The notes under the pieces: generated by a model
The model's input: only the letters and a program-made list of their open reading frames with translations
Told to the model about the DNA's origin: nothing
Database searches by the model: none
Part shown: one piece after another, positions 61,355 through 64,000 of the stretch
Numbering within the stretch: the stretch's first letter is position 1
Layout of the letters: each line of letters opens with the position of its first letter
Assembly (NCBI RefSeq): GCF_000006765.1
Contig: NC_002516.2
Length of the DNA stretch: 64,000 bases
Reading direction: 5' to 3' (one strand)
From: Pseudomonas aeruginosa PAO1
GTDB taxonomy: Bacteria > Pseudomonadota > Gammaproteobacteria > Pseudomonadales > Pseudomonadaceae
Made by a program: the position numbers and the translations under genes

Positions 61355-62536
61355 TCAGGTGCCCACCGCGGCGCTGCGCGCCGGACGCGGAAACACCAGC
61401 GCCGCGGCGAAGGTCAGCGCGGCGAAGCCCGCCAGTACCAGGTACAACCCCAGCAGCCCCTGCCGTGGCTCCAGGTAGGCGATCATCGGGATCGCCGCCG
61501 CGCTGGCGCCGAACGACAGGAAATAGCGCAGGGCGAAGACCCGCGCCTGCCACTGCGGCGCGACGAAGTGGGCGACCATCGCATCGTTCACCGTCACCTG
61601 GCCGAACACCGCGAACATGAACAGCGCGCCGAACAGCACCACTGCGCTGCCGTGGCCGTAGGCCAGGGCCAGCAGCAGCGGCACCTGGCAGAAGGTGAGG
61701 AAGACGAACGGCAACTTCAGGTTCAGGCGATCGATCAGGCGCCCCATGATCAGTTGCGCCACCGCGCCGAAGGCATAAGCCAGGCTGACCACCACGCCGA
61801 GGGTCTGCGGCGACGCCAGCAAGTCGCTCAGGCGCTCCTGGAACAGCTTCGGGTAGGTCACGGTGCTGGCGTTGAACACCACCCCGCCGGTGGCGGTGAC
61901 CAGCGCCAGCACGCCGAACACCCGGCGCATCGACAGACCCTCGCTGTCCTCGCCACGCGCCGCGGCCTTGGCCGACAGGTGCGGCGATGGCTCCTCGCGC
62001 ACGCAGAAGAAAAAGCCGATGCCGAGCAGGATGGCCACCCCGCCGGGCAGGATGAACGCCGCACGCCAACCGAAGTGCGCGGTGAGAAAGCCGGTAAGCA
62101 GCGCGGCGAAGGCGACCCCGAGGTTACCCCACATGCCGTTGATGCCGATCTCGCGGCCGCGGTTCTCCGCGTGTGCCACCAGCATCGCGGTGCCGACCGG
62201 GTGGTAGATCGCGGCGAATACCCCGATCAGGGTCAGCCCGGTCACCAGCATCGGTACGCTGCCGGCCAGCCCGGTGAGCAGTGCGGCGGCGCCGATACCG
62301 AAGAAGAACAGCAGCATCATCCGCCGCCGGCTCCAGGTATCGCCCAGCCAGCCGGCCGGCAGCGAACAGGCGCCGAAGGCGATGAAACCGCCCAGCGACA
62401 GGCCGATCAGACCGGCGTAGTCGAGGTCGAAGCTGCCGGCCATGCCGAGCACGGCGGCGGGGAAGATCAGCATGAACATGTGGTCGATGACATGCGCGGC
62501 GTTGATGAAGCGGATAACGGTTCGAGGTCGGTTCAT
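61355..62536 (-). CDS. MFS transporter
   Basis: About 12 TMs; GWLGDTWSRRR loop. Start at 62536 is likely; 62575 is an alternative. Confidence 0.85.
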   Translation of the reverse strand: MNRPRTVIRFINAAHVIDHMFMLIFPAAVLGMAGSFDLDYAGLIGLSLGGFIAFGACSLPAGWLGDTWSRRRMMLLFFFGIGAAALLTGLAGSVPMLVTGLTLIGVFAAIYHPVGTAMLVAHAENRGREIGINGMWGNLGVAFAALLTGFLTAHFGWRAAFILPGGVAILLGIGFFFCVREEPSPHLSAKAAARGEDSEGLSMRRVFGVLALVTATGGVVFNASTVTYPKLFQERLSDLLASPQTLGVVVSLAYAFGAVAQLIMGRLIDRLNLKLPFVFLTFCQVPLLLALAYGHGSAVVLFGALFMFAVFGQVTVNDAMVAHFVAPQWQARVFALRYFLSFGASAAAIPMIAYLEPRQGLLGLYLVLAGFAALTFAAALVFPRPARSAAVGT

Positions 62537-62637
62537 GGCGTGCGGCCTGAATGGTCGGTGAGGAATGGGCGTCATGACCCGGGCATGATAGGTTGACCGA
62601 AAAGCGCAGACAGGACAGCGAGGTCATCGAAACGGAC

Positions 62638-63426
62638 ATGCTGATCGAGCACCGCCCGGACGGCCTGCTGGCCGCCATCTCCCTCGACTTCCCCGACGGC
62701 CATCACCTGGGGCGGCATTTCCACCCGCAGGCGCAGTTCCTCTACGCCGCTCGCGGCCTGATGCGCCTGGCCACCCACCACGGCGCCTGGGTGATCCCGC
62801 CGACCCGCGCGGTATGGATTCCGCCCCGGGTGGAGCACGAGATATTCATGTCCGGCGAGGTGCACATGCGCACCCTGTTCATCGAGCAACCCGAAACGCC
62901 GACACCGCTAAGCGACTGTTGCGTACTGGCGGTGACGCCGCTGCTGCGGGAAATGATCCTGCGCGCCATCCACCTCGAGAGCCAGCCGCGCCTGGACGAC
63001 TTCTGCCAGCGCCTGCAAGGGCTGATCCTCAGCGAGATCGCCAACCTCGAACGGATGCCGCTGTACCTGCCGATGCCCCGCGACCGCCGCTTGCAGGCGA
63101 TCTGCCAGGCATTGCTGAAACAGCCGGAACTGGGGCTGACCCTCGATGACTGGGGCCTGCGGGTCGGCGCCAGCTCGCGCACCCTGGCGCGGCTGTTCGC
63201 CCAGGAACTGCAGATGAGCTTCCATGAGTGGCGCCAGCAACTGCGCCTGACCGAAGCCCTGCCGCGCCTGCTGGCCGGCGACAGCGTGCAGGTGGTCGCC
63301 CGCGACCTCGGCTACGGCAGTACGCGGGCCTTCAGCAGCATGTTCCGCCGCCTGCTCGGCGAAACCCCGCGCGACTACCTGGGGCGACTGGAGCAACTGG
63401 CACGGGTCAGGGGCCGCGAGGACTGA
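62638..63426 (+). CDS. AraC-family regulator with N-terminal cupin
   Basis: HFHPQAQFLY...AVWIPPRVEH; C-terminal LGYGSTRAFSSMFRRLLG. Confidence 0.9.
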   Translation: MLIEHRPDGLLAAISLDFPDGHHLGRHFHPQAQFLYAARGLMRLATHHGAWVIPPTRAVWIPPRVEHEIFMSGEVHMRTLFIEQPETPTPLSDCCVLAVTPLLREMILRAIHLESQPRLDDFCQRLQGLILSEIANLERMPLYLPMPRDRRLQAICQALLKQPELGLTLDDWGLRVGASSRTLARLFAQELQMSFHEWRQQLRLTEALPRLLAGDSVQVVARDLGYGSTRAFSSMFRRLLGETPRDYLGRLEQLARVRGRED

Positions 63427-63460
63427 TGCCCCACGGCGCAACGCCAAGCAATGGCGAATC

Positions 63461-63559
63461 GGCGGATAACGCCTGCGTCGTTATTCGCCCTACCAAGGCT
63501 TCAGTAGGGCGCATCCGCCGCTCCCGTAGGGCGGATAACCGCAGCGCGGCTATCCGCCG
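63461..63559. repeat. REP cluster (two full and one truncated)
   Basis: GGCGGATAACGCC...TTATTCGCCCTAC; GTAGGGCGCATCCGCCG; GTAGGGCGGATAACCGCAGCGCGGCTATCCGCCG. Confidence 0.8.
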
Positions 63560-63640
63560 AACCGGCCTGGATGGTGCAAGGCGGGAACGCGAGGATTGAC
63601 GCCCTAGGGCGCAACACCGAGCACTGGCGGATCGGCGGAC

Positions 63641-63666
63641 AAAAAGAAGCCCTCCAGCGGAGGGCT
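63641..63666 (-). terminator. Intrinsic terminator of the cio operon
   Basis: AGCCCTCC/GGAGGGCT stem followed by TCTTTTT on the minus strand. Confidence 0.78.
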
Positions 63667-63706
63667 CTCGGAAAAGGGCGCCGGAGCGCCCGGATGGGAT
63701 CGTCGA

Positions 63707-63877
63707 TCAGTGCGGGACGCCCAGCCCCGCCGCGCTCATGAACAGGCGCATCAGCCAGGCGGCGACGCCCAGGGCCAGCACGCTGGCGGTCCAGATACCC
63801 GCCAGCCAGGCCAGGCGTCGCCAGAGCGGTGGCTTGGCCGCGCTATCTCGTTCGGGATGACTCGGCGTACGGACCAT
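63707..63877 (-). CDS. DUF2474-type small single-TM protein downstream of cioB, 56 aa
   Basis: SD GAGGAGG then ATG 63877. LWRRLAWLAGIWTASVLALG...MRLFM. Confidence 0.75.
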   Translation of the reverse strand: MVRTPSHPERDSAAKPPLWRRLAWLAGIWTASVLALGVAAWLMRLFMSAAGLGVPH

Positions 63878-63890
63878 ATGCGGCGCCTCC

Positions 63891-64000
63891 TCAGTGATAG
63901 CCATCGCCGTGCTTCACCTTGCCGCGGAACACGTAGTAGCTCCAGGCGGTGTAGCCGAGGATGAAGGGAATGATGAACAGCGCGCCGACCAGCATGAAGC
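63891..64000 (-). CDS. cioB: Cyanide-insensitive bd-type oxidase subunit II, 3' end
   Basis: Translates to ...FMLVGALFIIPFILGYTAWSYYVFRGKVKHGDGYH*, a CydB-type C-terminus. Confidence 0.9.
   Translation of the reverse strand, partial: FMLVGALFIIPFILGYTAWSYYVFRGKVKHGDGYH

Overview
High-GC Pseudomonas aeruginosa chromosomal segment. From protein motifs and recalled gene order it is collinear with PAO1 PA3875-PA3929; this was not checked by search. Left to right: narG (5' part), narK2K1, narXL, an Anr-preceded DGC-domain gene, several small uncharacterised genes, tpbA, nhaP, opuC, an AaeXAB-OMF efflux operon with LysR regulator, fecIRA, ivy, prfC, the orphan T6SS cassette PAAR-tecT-co-tecT-tseT-tsiT, a 4 x ~129-bp REP tandem array, eddAB, ubiTUV, moeA1-moaB1, moaCDE, a PIN-PhoH gene, copA, a MalT-type regulator with a DUF1329/DUF1302 pair and acyl-CoA ligase, a thiolase, an MFS/AraC pair and the 3' end of the cio operon. 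I saw no transposase, integrase, prophage, CRISPR-cas, rRNA/tRNA or clear frameshift, so this looks like core genome rather than an island, and I cannot claim a wholly new system. The best leads are: (1) the DUF1302/DUF1329/MalT/acyl-CoA ligase module as an uncharacterised hydrophobic-substrate import system; (2) the REP VNTR that has duplicated half of the tsiT/eddB terminator; (3) an 81-aa three-TM microprotein; (4) the PIN-PhoH gene with a structured leader whose RBS is 15-nt complementary to the nhaP RBS; (5) a readable Anr/NarL regulatory map linking nitrate reductase, Moco and O2-independent ubiquinone genes.
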